Assembly: GCA_963765675.1 (NCBI GenBank)
Contig: CAVXXK010000001.1
Coordinates: 1,760,001 to 1,824,000 of the forward strand
DNA from: an uncultured delta proteobacterium
GTDB lineage: Bacteria; Desulfobacterota; Binatia; Binatales; Binataceae
Length of the DNA: 64,000 nt
Direction: 5' to 3'
Below the pieces are notes generated by a model that searched no databases, was not told the origin of the DNA, and saw only the letters and a list, made by a program, of their open reading frames with translations. Positions 9,828-20,384 of this stretch are shown one piece after another (positions within the stretch are counted from its first letter, which is position 1; each line of letters begins with the position of its first letter). The translations under genes were made by a program, and so were the position numbers.

Positions 9828-10938
9828 ATGGATACCTCCCAGAAGCAGATAGCCACCGAAGTATTGAGGTTTATCCACAGACCTGAACCTGGGTTATTCG
9901 ACGCTTTGGCTTTGAGTGTCTTTCGCTATCAGTATAATTCTATCGCATCGTATAAAGACTATTGTCACCAGCTCAACGTCGATCCGGATGTAGTTCGATC
10001 CCCTGATCAAATTCCGCTGGTCAGTACAATCGCCTTCAAGTATGCGGAACTTGCCCCGACCGGCGCCGGCGAGATTCTCGGCGCGAGAGAGTTTCTGACC
10101 AGTGGCACGACGATTGGCGCGGACCGGCGTGGCCGCCACGTCGTCGCTCGGCCCGAGGTTTATCAGCGCATCGGCGATTGCGCATCTTCGCGCGATGCTG
10201 TTTCCCGACGACACGCCGATGCGGATGCTCGCGATGCATCCGACGGCCGAGCGGATGCCCGAGTCGTCGCTGTCGGCAATGATCACCTGGTGTATCGAGG
10301 AGTTCGGTGTCGGCGAATCGCGATGCGTCGCTGATCGCGGGCGCGTCGATACGGCTGCGGCGCTCGCGTTCCTGCGCGAGGTGTCGGCGGCGCGCGAGCC
10401 GGTATGTATCCTCGGGACGACGGCCGCCTTTGCCGCATTATTCGAACTGATGGCCAAGACGCGCGAGCGGCTCAAGCTGCCCGCCGGTTCGCGGATGATG
10501 GACACGGGCGGTCCCAAGGGGCAACGCGTGCCGCTGTCGCCAGCCGAGGTCGCGTCGCGCGCCGGCGAACTGGTGGGCGTCGAGGGTGACCTCGTCATCA
10601 ATGAATACGGGATGACGGAGCTGTGCTCGCAGCTCTATGACGCGACGCCGTTCAACTCGCGACGCGGCGGCGCGCCCGGAGCGCGGGTCAAGCTCGCGCC
10701 GCCGTGGATGCGCCCGATGGCGATCGATCCGGCTTCGATGCGCCGGTTGCCGGCGGGGACGCCCGGGATTCTCGCGTTTATCGATCTGGCGAACGTCTGC
10801 TCGGTCTCAGGGATCCTGACTGAGGATTTGGGAATCGTAGAAGGTAGATCCGTGCGGGTGCTCGGACGGGCGCTCGGCGCAGGAGCGCGGGGATGCGCGC
10901 TATCGATCGAATCGTTCCAGGCGGCGGCGCGCCGGTGA
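9828..10938 (+). CDS. LuxE-like acyl-protein synthetase, +1 frameshift near 10165
   Basis: FLTSGTT, MDTGGPKG, NEYGMTELCSQ, IDLAN, LTEDLG, C-terminal GR…RGC; two overlapping ORFs. Confidence 0.8.
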
Positions 10939-12144
10939 GTGAGCAGGTCACCGAAGCAGCGATCTCGGGCGCGATTTCGCGGATGCGCGCACGCGTCGGA
11001 GAACCTCATGATCCGCGACACGCCGCGAGCGTTCTCGCCTCGGTGCTCGAGCGATGGCGCGAGCGCGACTTTGCTCCGCGCCGCGCGGCGGTCGCGCAAA
11101 TCAGCGCGGGCCTGGGTTTTTCGGCGGCGCTGCTCGATGCGTCGTTCGACGCGCTGCTGGCGCCGTTCACGCTCGACGCACTTAGATCGTTCGCGGCGGA
11201 TGCCGCGGAGCGGCGCGAGATAATCGGCTTCATCATGGCGGGCAACGCGCCCGGCGCGGGGCTGCACGAAGTCGCGATTGCGCTTATCTGCGGCAGCGGG
11301 CGTGATTATCAAGACCGCGACGCAGGAGCCGCACTTTTTCGCCGAGCTCGCGCGCTCGATTCGCGATAGCGACGCGCGGCTCGGCAGCATGATCGAGGTG
11401 TTCAACTGGAGCAGGGCGGATCGCGCTCTGACCGCGGCGCTCGTCGGCGGCGCGAGCAGGGTTGTCGCGTACGGCGACGACGCTACTCTGTCGGCGATAG
11501 GCGGTGAGCGTCTCGTCGGCTTTGGAAGCAGGCTCTCGGGCGCGATCGTCACGCGCGCTATTCGCGACGGCGCGCAGATTCACGCCACCGCTGCGGCGCT
11601 CGCGCGCGACGTTACTCTGTTCGAGCAGCTCGGATGCCTTTCGCCGCATCATGTTTTCGTCGAAGACGACTCGGATGCTCGCGCGCGCGAGTTCGCGCAC
11701 GCGCTGGCCGACGCGATCGCGGCGCTTGGGCTTTCCGCTCCTGCGCCCGAGTCGATGGCGCTCGAAGACGCGGCCGCGCTGCGCCGCGCGCGCGAGACCG
11801 CGCGATGGCGCAGCATCGCGGGCGATGAGGTCGAGCTGATCGAAGGGCCGGGAGTAGCGTGGGCGGTGATATTTGATCGCGATGCGTCGTTTTCGCCGTC
11901 GCCGGGTTTCCGCACCGTTTATGTAAGCCCGTTTCGCGAGCGCGAAGACCTGCGCGTGCGTGTAGCGCCGGCGGCCGGCCGCCTCGAAGCGTTCTCGCTC
12001 GCGGGAGATGACGATGCGCTGATCGGCGATCTCCGCGCGTTCGGCGTGTCGTACATCGCGGCGCCCGGCGCGATACAATCTCCTCCGCTCACGTGGCGCC
12101 ATGGCGGCGGCGTCTTTCTCGATTCGATGATCGGCAAGCGGTAA
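10935..12144 (+). CDS. LuxC-like acyl-CoA reductase, +1 frameshift near 11295
   Basis: IMAGNAPG, VVAYGDD, GFGSRLS, catalytic FEQLGCLSPH; GTGA overlap with the luxE-like gene. Confidence 0.8.
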
Positions 12145-13346
12145 TGTCCGACGATCTGAAAACTATGTTCAAGCGCCACGTCGCGCAAACTTCGGATGCG
12201 CCGATCGGTCTCGAAATCGTCCGCGCTGAAGGATGCTGGCTCTACACCGCCGATGGGCGGCGCTACCTTGATCTGATCGCGGGAATCGGCGTCGCTGCGC
12301 TCGGGCATGGCAACCCGCAGGTCGCCGCCGCGATCGAGCAACAGGCGCGGCGTCATCTGCATGTGATGGTTTACGGCGAGTACGTGATCGAAGCGCAGGT
12401 CCGCCTCGCGGCGCGACTTGCCGAGCTGCTGCCGGCGCCACTCTCGCGCGTCTATTTCACCAACAGCGGGGCCGAGGCGATCGAGGGTGCGCTCAAGACC
12501 GCGCGCAAGTTCACGCGCCGCAGCGGATTTCTTGCGTTCGAGGGCGCATATCACGGCGACACGATGGGCGCGCTGGCGCTCGCCGGAAATCCCGCGTTCC
12601 GAGAGCCGTTCGAGCCGCTGCCCGGGCCGGTGACGCATCTGCCGTTCGACGATGTCGGCGGTCTTGACGCGATTGATTCCTCAGTCGCAGCCGTGATCGT
12701 CGAGCCGGTGCAGGCTGAAGGCGGCGTACGGATTCCCGATGCGAAATTTCTCCGCGCGCTGCGCGAACGATGCGACCGCGCCGGCGCGCTGCTCGTCTTC
12801 GACGAAGTGCTGACCGGCTTCGGGCGCACGGGACGGATGTTCGCGCTCGAGCACTCGGGCGTCGTGCCGGATCTGATCGTGATGGCGAAGGCGCTGGGCG
12901 GCGGGCTGCCGCTGGGAGCGTTCGCGGGACGCGACGAGCTGCTGGCGGTGCTCGCGCACGATCCCGCGCTCGGGCATATCACGACCTTCGGCGGCCATCC
13001 GTTGTCCTGCGCTGCCGGGCTTGCCGCGCTGGAGGTGATCGTGGAGGAGCGGCTGCCTGAGCGCGCCGCCGAGACGGGCGCATACCTGCACGCGCAGCTC
13101 CAGGCGCTCGCGGCGCCCGAGATTGCGGCGGTGCGGGGAATAGGGCTGCTCGTGGGAATCGAGTTTCACGACGCCAATTTCGCGCATCGCTTTGTCGCTG
13201 CGGCGCTTGCGCGCGGCGTGGTGATCAACTGGACGCTAAACGCCGAGGCGGTGGTCCGGATCGCTCCGCCGCTGGTGATAAGCCGACAAGAAGTTGACTT
13301 TGGCGTCCGATTGTTACGACTTGCGCTAACCGATGCCCGCATCTGA
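12144..13346 (+). CDS. Class III PLP-dependent aminotransferase (ArgD/OAT-like)
   Basis: YLDLIAGIGV, NSGAEAIEGALK, FDEVLTGFGRTG, MAKALGGG; TAATG overlap with the luxC-like gene. Confidence 0.9.
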   Translation: MSDDLKTMFKRHVAQTSDAPIGLEIVRAEGCWLYTADGRRYLDLIAGIGVAALGHGNPQVAAAIEQQARRHLHVMVYGEYVIEAQVRLAARLAELLPAPLSRVYFTNSGAEAIEGALKTARKFTRRSGFLAFEGAYHGDTMGALALAGNPAFREPFEPLPGPVTHLPFDDVGGLDAIDSSVAAVIVEPVQAEGGVRIPDAKFLRALRERCDRAGALLVFDEVLTGFGRTGRMFALEHSGVVPDLIVMAKALGGGLPLGAFAGRDELLAVLAHDPALGHITTFGGHPLSCAAGLAALEVIVEERLPERAAETGAYLHAQLQALAAPEIAAVRGIGLLVGIEFHDANFAHRFVAAALARGVVINWTLNAEAVVRIAPPLVISRQEVDFGVRLLRLALTDARI

Positions 13347-13443
13347 TCCACGAACGCCCGATCTTTGGACTTTTGCCACGATGCCCCCTCAACTATGATC
13401 AAAGTTCATCGCGCCACTTGCGCGGCGAAGTTTTGTTCATCGA

Positions 13444-14769
13444 GTGACCATTCATCCTGACAACTCCGCTGGCTCCGCTCCAAGCGCGAACTCGCCCGAT
13501 CCTCGCGCCCGTACGCTCGTCTGGACCAACGACGACGACGAGGCTCTGGGGGTCCTCAAGATTGGCGGAGCGCTGGGACTCTTCTTCTTGCTGGTTTACG
13601 CGATCGTCGATTCGGTCGGCGGGCGCAGCGGATTGGCGGTCGAGGCCGAGCATTGGGCCCTGCTGGCGGGAACCTGCCTGTTCTTTGGCATGACCTGGGC
13701 CCGGGCGTTCCGGCGGCACTGGAAATTGTGGACGCTCGTGTACTGCGCTTTCATGATGACGATGTTCGTCGCGATCAGCGCGCGCACCGGCGATCCCGAG
13801 TCACGGTTCATCGCGATGCTGCTGTGTCCGCTCGCGACCGCGTCGTTCGTCAGTTGGGGATCGCGTTGGCAGTTCGCGATGGGCGTGACGGTAATCTTGA
13901 TTGCCGCTGTCGCGGAGCACTTCGTTCCGGTGGCCACGCGGCTCAACGCCTACCGATGGATGGGGCTTGGCGCGGCGCTCGCGTTCGGACAGGCGACGGC
14001 GGTGTTTCTCGAGCGCTATCGGGTGCGGATTCGCAGACAATTCGCGGCGCTGGAAGAGGCGGCGCGGTTTCGCGAAACCCAGATCTCGACCATGGCGCAT
14101 GACATCAGCAGCCCGATCGCCGCGCTCACCGGCTACGCGCAACTGCTCGAAGAAGACGCCTCCGACCCGGTTGAGCGCCGCCAGATTCTTGCGCGGATCG
14201 GATCGACGGCCTGGAACATGAACCTGGTGGTCAGCAACGTGCTCGATTTGTATCGGATCGAAGAGGATGGCCGCTTTCATCCGATCCTGACCCGCGTCGA
14301 TCTGAGCCGCATTATCATCGCGGCATCCGAGGACTGCGCGGCGGAAGCCGCGCGGCGCGGGCTCGAGGTCACGACCGTGCTCTCGGTGCTGCAGCCGGCC
14401 ACGCTCGACGGACATCATCTGGACCGGATCGTGCGCAACTTGATGGCGTTCGCGATCGGGCGCGCGAACCGCGGAGTGGTGTCACTGCGCGCGGCGGTGC
14501 ATGATCGCAAGCTCAGGATGGAAGTCAACGCGCAGTGCCCGAGCGTCGCTCCTGCCGACCTGGCCGCCCTGCTGGCGGGACCTGATCGCAGCGGTCACGG
14601 AGCGGGCTCGGCCTCGCTCGGGCTGTTTGTCGCGCGCGTGATGGCGGAGTCGGCGGGCGGGAGCGTCGAAGCGAGTTTCGAGCGCGCGACCGGGCTTACG
14701 CTGCGCGCGGCGATCCCAATTGCGGACGTCGGAGGCGCATCGGGGGCTGCGGATCCAAGCGCGCCGTGA
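13444..14769 (+). CDS. Membrane sensor histidine kinase with degenerate ATPase domain
   Basis: About 6 TM helices, H-box MAHDISSPI, N-box RIVRNL, G2 SLGLFV; no DxGxG. Confidence 0.75.
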   Translation: MTIHPDNSAGSAPSANSPDPRARTLVWTNDDDEALGVLKIGGALGLFFLLVYAIVDSVGGRSGLAVEAEHWALLAGTCLFFGMTWARAFRRHWKLWTLVYCAFMMTMFVAISARTGDPESRFIAMLLCPLATASFVSWGSRWQFAMGVTVILIAAVAEHFVPVATRLNAYRWMGLGAALAFGQATAVFLERYRVRIRRQFAALEEAARFRETQISTMAHDISSPIAALTGYAQLLEEDASDPVERRQILARIGSTAWNMNLVVSNVLDLYRIEEDGRFHPILTRVDLSRIIIAASEDCAAEAARRGLEVTTVLSVLQPATLDGHHLDRIVRNLMAFAIGRANRGVVSLRAAVHDRKLRMEVNAQCPSVAPADLAALLAGPDRSGHGAGSASLGLFVARVMAESAGGSVEASFERATGLTLRAAIPIADVGGASGAADPSAP

Positions 14770-15786
14770 AGCATCCTGCGCCACCTTCTCCCGTCGCGAA
14801 TCGTCTCGCGTCGCGTCGCGACCGCCGCTCCAGGCGAGTTCGATCTGATCGCGCGGATCTGCGCGCGATTACCGCTTTCGCGCCGCACCATCCTCGGCCC
14901 CGGGGATGACGCGGCGATTCTCGAGCCTGGCGCCGGCCGGCAACTGGTCACGATCGATTCCGTCGTCGAGGGCGTGCACTTCGACTTGCGCTGGGGCACT
15001 CCCGAGCAATTGGGCGCGCGTGCGCTGGTCGTGAACTTAAGCGATATCGCCGCGATGGGCGGGGCGCCATTTGCGTGTGTCGTCAACCTGGCGATTCGGC
15101 CGGGTCTCACGCCTAAATTTTTCGAACGGATGTACGCCGGGCTCGCGCGCGCGGCCCGTGCGGCGCGCGTCGACGTGGTCGGTGGAAATGTTACTCGCGC
15201 TGAACAGCTTGCGATCACGATCGCGCTGTTTGGCGACGCGCCCGCAAAACCGTTGCGCCGCGACGCAGCCCGCGTCGGTGATGGAATTTTCGTCACCGGA
15301 ACCTTGGGCGACGCCGCAGTGGGTTGGCGTGTCCTCGCGGGCAAGCTCCGCGCGCGCGGCACCGCGCGAACTCATCTGATTAATTCCTTTCTTGCGCCAA
15401 CCGCGCGGCTCGCAGCCGGCGCAAGGCTCGCGCGAATTCGCCCGGCTCCTGCCGCGATCGATATCAGCGACGGCCTGTGGCAGGACCTTGGGCATATCCT
15501 GCAGCGCGGCCGCGTTGGCGCGGAAATCGATCCGCGCGCGATTCCGGTGTCGGACGCCTATCGCGCCGTAATGCGCGGCGATCTTTCGCTCGCGCTCGGC
15601 GGCGGCGAGGACTACGAGCTGCTGTTCTGCGCGCATCAGAAATACAGCGCGCGCAGGCTCGCCACGATGCTCGGCGTGCCGGTCGCGCGGATCGGCACGA
15701 TCGTCAAAGGGCGCGGCGCGCGTTTTGCCGGCGGCGGAGCGCCCGCGCTCGCGGGATGGGATCAGTTGCGGGCGGGCGCGCCGTGA
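14766..15786 (+). CDS. thiL: Thiamine-monophosphate kinase; 5' end probably frameshifted
   Basis: GEFDLIARI, GPGDDAA, NLSDIAAMGG, IDISDGL, GGEDYEL; the frame has no ATG/GTG before GEFDL, while GTG 14766 overlaps the kinase stop. Confidence 0.88.
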
Positions 15787-16997
15787 TCGTCATCCTGCCT
15801 ATCGTGGTTGCGATTCTGATTGTCGTCAGCGCCGCGCTGGCCGCGTCGGAGACGGCGATCTTCACGCTCGCGCGGATGGACCATACGCGCGAGCAACTGT
15901 CTCGCGCGGTCGGCGCCGCACTCGATCGCCTGATGGTCCGTCCGCTCGAGTCTCTGATCGTCGTGATCGGGATCAACGAGGCGTCGAACGTCTTCGCCGA
16001 GTGCCTTGCGACCACATTTTTTCTGCTCTGGCTCGGCGCCGATATCGGGCCGTACGTCGCCGCGCCGGTGATGCTGGTGCTCGTGCTGATCTTCTGCGAC
16101 ATCACGCCCAAGACTTTCGCGCTCGCCTATCCGGCTGGAGTCGCGCGCCTGACCGCGCGTCCGCTCGCGATCCTGACCGCGATCGTGCATCCGATCGCGC
16201 GCCACTTCACGCCGCTCGATGAAGCGCCTCATCCGGGCCCCGTCTCCGAGGCGGAGTTCAAGGCGCTCTTGCGGCTGGGGGAGCATCAGGGCGAGGTCGA
16301 ACCCGCCGAGCGTGCGCTGATTCATCGCGTATTCGATTTCGGCTTGCGCCGCGCCGCTGAAGTGATGACGCCGGCCGAGAAAATCTTCACGCTCGATATC
16401 GCGACAGCGCCCGCGCAGTTGATGGCGGAAATCGCGCACGGCCATTTCTCGCGCGTGCCGGTATATCGCGGAACACCCGGCAATATCGTCGGGATCCTGC
16501 ACGCCAAGGACCTTGCGGCGCGCCGCCTCGAAAGTACATCGCCGCGCGTCGATCGCCTGCTGCGTCCGGCGTACTTCATTCCGCCGGCGAAAGCGCTCGG
16601 CGATTTGTTCGACGAGATGCGGCGCGGACGATTTCAGATGGCGCTGGTGGTCAACGAGTACGGCCATCTGCTGGGGCTGGTGACGCTGGAAGACCTGCTC
16701 GAAGAACTGTTCGGCGAGCTGCGCGATGAATTCGACTCCGAAGTTCCCGAGCTGGAAAAAATCAACGATCATGAATGGCTCGTGTCGGGCGCGATCGAGG
16801 TCAAGAAGCTCAACCTCGCTCTCGGCGCCAATCCTCCCATCGAAGCGCGCGGCGGCGGTCCTACGCTCAGCGCCGTGCTGTTGCGCAAGCTGGGCCGCGT
16901 CCCGCCTGCCGGGGAGATTTTGCAACTGGGCGCATTCGCGGCCCGCGTCGAGCGAGTGCGCGGCGCGACCGTCGAGCAGGTGAGGCTCACGCGATGA
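15783..16997 (+). CDS. Hemolysin/CNNM family protein (DUF21 + CBS + CorC)
   Basis: ASETAIF, CDITPKT, HFSRVPVY, VNEYG…LEDLLEELFG. Confidence 0.88.
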   Translation: MIVILPIVVAILIVVSAALAASETAIFTLARMDHTREQLSRAVGAALDRLMVRPLESLIVVIGINEASNVFAECLATTFFLLWLGADIGPYVAAPVMLVLVLIFCDITPKTFALAYPAGVARLTARPLAILTAIVHPIARHFTPLDEAPHPGPVSEAEFKALLRLGEHQGEVEPAERALIHRVFDFGLRRAAEVMTPAEKIFTLDIATAPAQLMAEIAHGHFSRVPVYRGTPGNIVGILHAKDLAARRLESTSPRVDRLLRPAYFIPPAKALGDLFDEMRRGRFQMALVVNEYGHLLGLVTLEDLLEELFGELRDEFDSEVPELEKINDHEWLVSGAIEVKKLNLALGANPPIEARGGGPTLSAVLLRKLGRVPPAGEILQLGAFAARVERVRGATVEQVRLTR

Positions 16998-18292
16998 CGG
17001 CATGGGAGCTTATCGCGGCGATTGCGGCATGCGTCGCGGTGCAGGCGTTTTTCGCCGCGAGCGAAATCGCGGTGGTCTCGGCCGACGAGGTAAAGGTGCG
17101 CGCCGAAAGCGAACGCGGCTCTGCGCGCTCGCACGCGCTCGGCGCGCTGCTGGCAAATCGCGATCGGCTGCTCGCGCTGACGCTCACCAGCAACAACGTC
17201 GCGACCGTTCTTGCCGCCGTGATGCTGACCGCATTCCTGCATCGCCTTTACCCAGGCTACTCGTATTGGGCGCCGTTCATGCTCGCGCCGGTCACGCTGA
17301 TTTTTGGCGAATCGATTCCGAAGCTTGTAGCGCTCGGGAATCCGCTTTGGGTCGCGCGCGTCGCCGCGCCTCCGCTGCGGATCCTCGCGACGATTCTCGC
17401 GCCGATCCTGGTCGCCGAAACCTTGCTCAGCCGCGCCATGCGCCGCGTGGTTGGCGTCGCGCCAGGAGCCGATAGCGTGTTCTTAAGCCGCGAGGACCTC
17501 GCGCGGCTGGTGCATCGCCGCGCGCCCGATTCCGCCGCGCAGGATTTAGCCGATCAGCACGACGCGATTCTGCCTTCCGAGCGTCACATGATCAGCCGGA
17601 TCTTCCGCTTCTCGCGCGCCGACGCGCGCAAGGCGATGGTGCCGCTCGTGCGCGTTGACGCGATTCCGCACGACGTCACGCTCTCCGGTGCGATCGAGAC
17701 CGTCCGCCGAGTCGGCTACAGCCGCCTGCCGGTGTTCCGCGAGCGGATTACCGATATCGTCGGCGTCGTGCACGTGTTTGATCTATTGCAGGCACCCGAT
17801 CTCACTCGCCCAGTCAGCGAGGTGATGCGGCCGGTGAGTTATTTTCCGGAATCGATGCCGCTGGATGAAGTCCTGGTCGCGCTGCAGCGCACCGGAGAGA
17901 ATCTGGCCGTGATCGTGGATGAATACGGCGGCGCCGCGGGAATTATCACGGTCGAAGATTTGCTCGAAGAAGTCGTCGGCGAGATCGACGACGAGCACGA
18001 CAAGACCGAAGAGATCGCGCGCGTGGTAAATCGCGTCACGCTGAGCGTGTCGGCGCGCGCGCCGATCGCGGAATTGAATGAGCGCTTCGCGCTGCGCCTG
18101 CCCGAGGGTGATGAGTATGCTACGATCGGCGGTCTGGTGCTGGAACGTTTGGGTCATATTCCGCAGCCGGGCGAGCAACTCAAAATCCCCGGGATGACGA
18201 TTACTGTTATCCGCAGCGACGTTCGCGCGGTGCGCGAGCTGCGCCTGGCGCTGGAACGCCCGCTGCGCGCGGACGCGGCAAGGCGCCGATGA
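16994..18292 (+). CDS. Hemolysin/CNNM family protein (DUF21 + CBS + CorC), second paralog
   Basis: FFAASEIA, FGESIPK, YSRLPVF, VDEYGG…EDLLEEVVGEIDDE; ATGA overlap. Confidence 0.88.
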   Translation: MTAWELIAAIAACVAVQAFFAASEIAVVSADEVKVRAESERGSARSHALGALLANRDRLLALTLTSNNVATVLAAVMLTAFLHRLYPGYSYWAPFMLAPVTLIFGESIPKLVALGNPLWVARVAAPPLRILATILAPILVAETLLSRAMRRVVGVAPGADSVFLSREDLARLVHRRAPDSAAQDLADQHDAILPSERHMISRIFRFSRADARKAMVPLVRVDAIPHDVTLSGAIETVRRVGYSRLPVFRERITDIVGVVHVFDLLQAPDLTRPVSEVMRPVSYFPESMPLDEVLVALQRTGENLAVIVDEYGGAAGIITVEDLLEEVVGEIDDEHDKTEEIARVVNRVTLSVSARAPIAELNERFALRLPEGDEYATIGGLVLERLGHIPQPGEQLKIPGMTITVIRSDVRAVRELRLALERPLRADAARRR

Positions 18293-19059
18293 CCGAAGGC
18301 GCGATCCGCAAAATCCTCGAAAGCGTCGCGGCTGGAACTGTGACCGCGGCGGCCGCGATGCGCGAGCTGCGCGAGCTGCCGTTTCAGGACTTGGGCTTCG
18401 CCAAGCTCGACGGGCATCGCACGCTGCGCCGGGGAGTGCCCGAGGTGGTTTTTGGCGAGGGCAAAACCGCGGCGCAGATCATCGCGATCGGAAAGAGCGT
18501 GGTCGCGTCGGGCAGCAATCTGATCGTCACGCGGCTCGCGCCTGATAAAGCGCGCGCCGTGAAGAAGACGCTTCGCGCGATGACATATCATCCAGAGGCC
18601 GCTCTCGGCGCGATCGTAAAAGAGCGCCCGCGTCCGCGGGGACATGGCGAGATCATGATTATCAGCGCCGGCACCTCGGACATTCCCGTGGCCGAAGAGG
18701 CCGCGATCTGCGCCGAGCTGTTCGGCAACCGCGTCGCGCGCCTGTACGACGTCGGTGTTGCGGGGATTCATCGACTGACCGCGAATCTCGAAGCGGTCCG
18801 CCGCGCGAGCGTACTGATCGTCGTCGCGGGGATGGAGGGCGCGCTGCCCTCGGTGGTCGCGGGGCTCCTCGACAAGCCTGTCGTCGCGGTGCCGACGAGT
18901 GTTGGCTACGGGACCGCGTTCGGCGGAATCGCGGCCCTTCTCGGGATGCTCAATAGCTGCGCAAGCGGCGTGACGGTCGTCAATATCGACAATGGATTCG
19001 GCGCCGCTATCGCCGCGACGCTGATGAATCGCGTCGGAATCGAGCGCGACGCGGAGTAG
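18289..19059 (+). CDS. larB: Nickel-pincer cofactor biosynthesis protein LarB
   Basis: PEVVFGEGKT, AGTSDIPVAEEA, DVGVAGIHRL, GMEGALPSV, VVNIDNGFGA. Confidence 0.92.
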   Translation: MTEGAIRKILESVAAGTVTAAAAMRELRELPFQDLGFAKLDGHRTLRRGVPEVVFGEGKTAAQIIAIGKSVVASGSNLIVTRLAPDKARAVKKTLRAMTYHPEAALGAIVKERPRPRGHGEIMIISAGTSDIPVAEEAAICAELFGNRVARLYDVGVAGIHRLTANLEAVRRASVLIVVAGMEGALPSVVAGLLDKPVVAVPTSVGYGTAFGGIAALLGMLNSCASGVTVVNIDNGFGAAIAATLMNRVGIERDAE

Positions 19060-19061
19060 TG

Positions 19062-20384
19062 ATGGCGCGGCGCAGCTCAATTACCCAGGGCCGCGCGCGA
19101 CGCGCGATCAAGATGGGCGAGCTCGCGTCCCAGGTTGGTTCGAGCTACCTGTGGAATTCGATCCGGAGGCCGTTTCTCTCGCGCAGCGATCAGGATCGCG
19201 AGCTGCTCGAAACCCATATCCGCAACGCGCAGCGAATCGTCGAAAGCTCGACGCATCTGCGCGGCGCGTTCATGAAGCTTATCCAGATGCTCTCGATGCG
19301 GCAGGATCTTCTGCCGGGCGAGGCGCTCGACGTGCTGAAGGCGACGCAATCGAGCGTGCCGCCGATGAACTACTCGACCATTTCGGATCAGATTCGCCGC
19401 GAGATCGGAAAACGTCCCGAGCAGCTCTTTGCAAAGTTCGATCAGACCGCGTTCGCCGCCGCCTCGCTCGGCCAGGTGCATCGCGCGACCACGCGCGCCG
19501 GAATCGAGGTTGCGGTCAAGGTGCAGTATCCGGGCGTCGAGAAAACGGTCGAGCAGGATCTGGGAAATCTCAAGATGCTGCTGATGACGCTGCAGGCGAT
19601 CGGGCGCGACGTGATGCGCCAGAAGATCGATTGCAACGCGGTGTACAAAGAACTCGAAGAGCGTCTGCGCGAGGAGCTCGACTACGTGCGCGAGGCGCGC
19701 AACATGACCGAGTTCGGGCGATTGCTCGCCGACGACCCCGAGATAATGATCCCGTCGGTGGTTAAGGAGCTGAGCTCGCGCCGCGTGCTGACGATGACCT
19801 ACCTCGACGGCTATCCGCTCGCCGACGCGATGGGGCCGGAAGTCGATCTCGAACTGCGTCAGTGGGTCGCGCGCAAGGCGCAGGCGATGGTCTGGCGGCA
19901 AATCCTCGAGTTCGGAGTGCTGCACACCGATTTTCATCCGGGCAACTACGTGGTGAGCTATCATCCGCGGCTCGGGATTCTCGATTTCGGATCGATCCGG
20001 CGCTTCGCTCCGGCAGTGCGTAAGGCGTACTTGAAAGTCGCGCGCGGAATTGTCGATCTGGACGACCGCGCGATCGGAATCGGGATGCGCGAGCTCGGAT
20101 GGATCGAGCGCGGACAGGACCCGGCGCCGATGGTCGAAATAATCCACGTGCTGTTCGAGCCGATGATGGTCGAGCGCGAATTCGACCCGGCCGAGTACGA
20201 CTCGGTCGCCAAGGCGACGCGCGTCGGCGAGATCGCGTTCGAGCATCGCCTGTACAACTCGCCCGCGCATAGCGTGTTCCTGCTCCGTGCGCTGATCGGG
20301 CTCGAGGGAATTATGCGCAGGCTTGCGGTCAAGGCGAACTATCGCGAAATTTTCCGCGAGTGTGTCGAAAGCGCCGAGCGATGA
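19062..20384 (+). CDS. ABC1/AarF/UbiB family atypical kinase
   Basis: AAASLGQVHRA, VAVKVQYPG, EELDY, HTDFHPGN, LDFG. Confidence 0.9.
   Translation: MARRSSITQGRARRAIKMGELASQVGSSYLWNSIRRPFLSRSDQDRELLETHIRNAQRIVESSTHLRGAFMKLIQMLSMRQDLLPGEALDVLKATQSSVPPMNYSTISDQIRREIGKRPEQLFAKFDQTAFAAASLGQVHRATTRAGIEVAVKVQYPGVEKTVEQDLGNLKMLLMTLQAIGRDVMRQKIDCNAVYKELEERLREELDYVREARNMTEFGRLLADDPEIMIPSVVKELSSRRVLTMTYLDGYPLADAMGPEVDLELRQWVARKAQAMVWRQILEFGVLHTDFHPGNYVVSYHPRLGILDFGSIRRFAPAVRKAYLKVARGIVDLDDRAIGIGMRELGWIERGQDPAPMVEIIHVLFEPMMVEREFDPAEYDSVAKATRVGEIAFEHRLYNSPAHSVFLLRALIGLEGIMRRLAVKANYREIFRECVESAER

Noticed and set aside
9828-12144. Bioluminescence operon
   Set aside because: No luxA, luxB, luxD or luxG in the window
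14761-14840. Stop-codon readthrough fusing the kinase to ThiL (thiL continues in the kinase frame after TGA 14767)
   Set aside because: A GTGA overlap plus one indel, or a CTG start at 14776, is simpler given the other indels; no SECIS-like support seen
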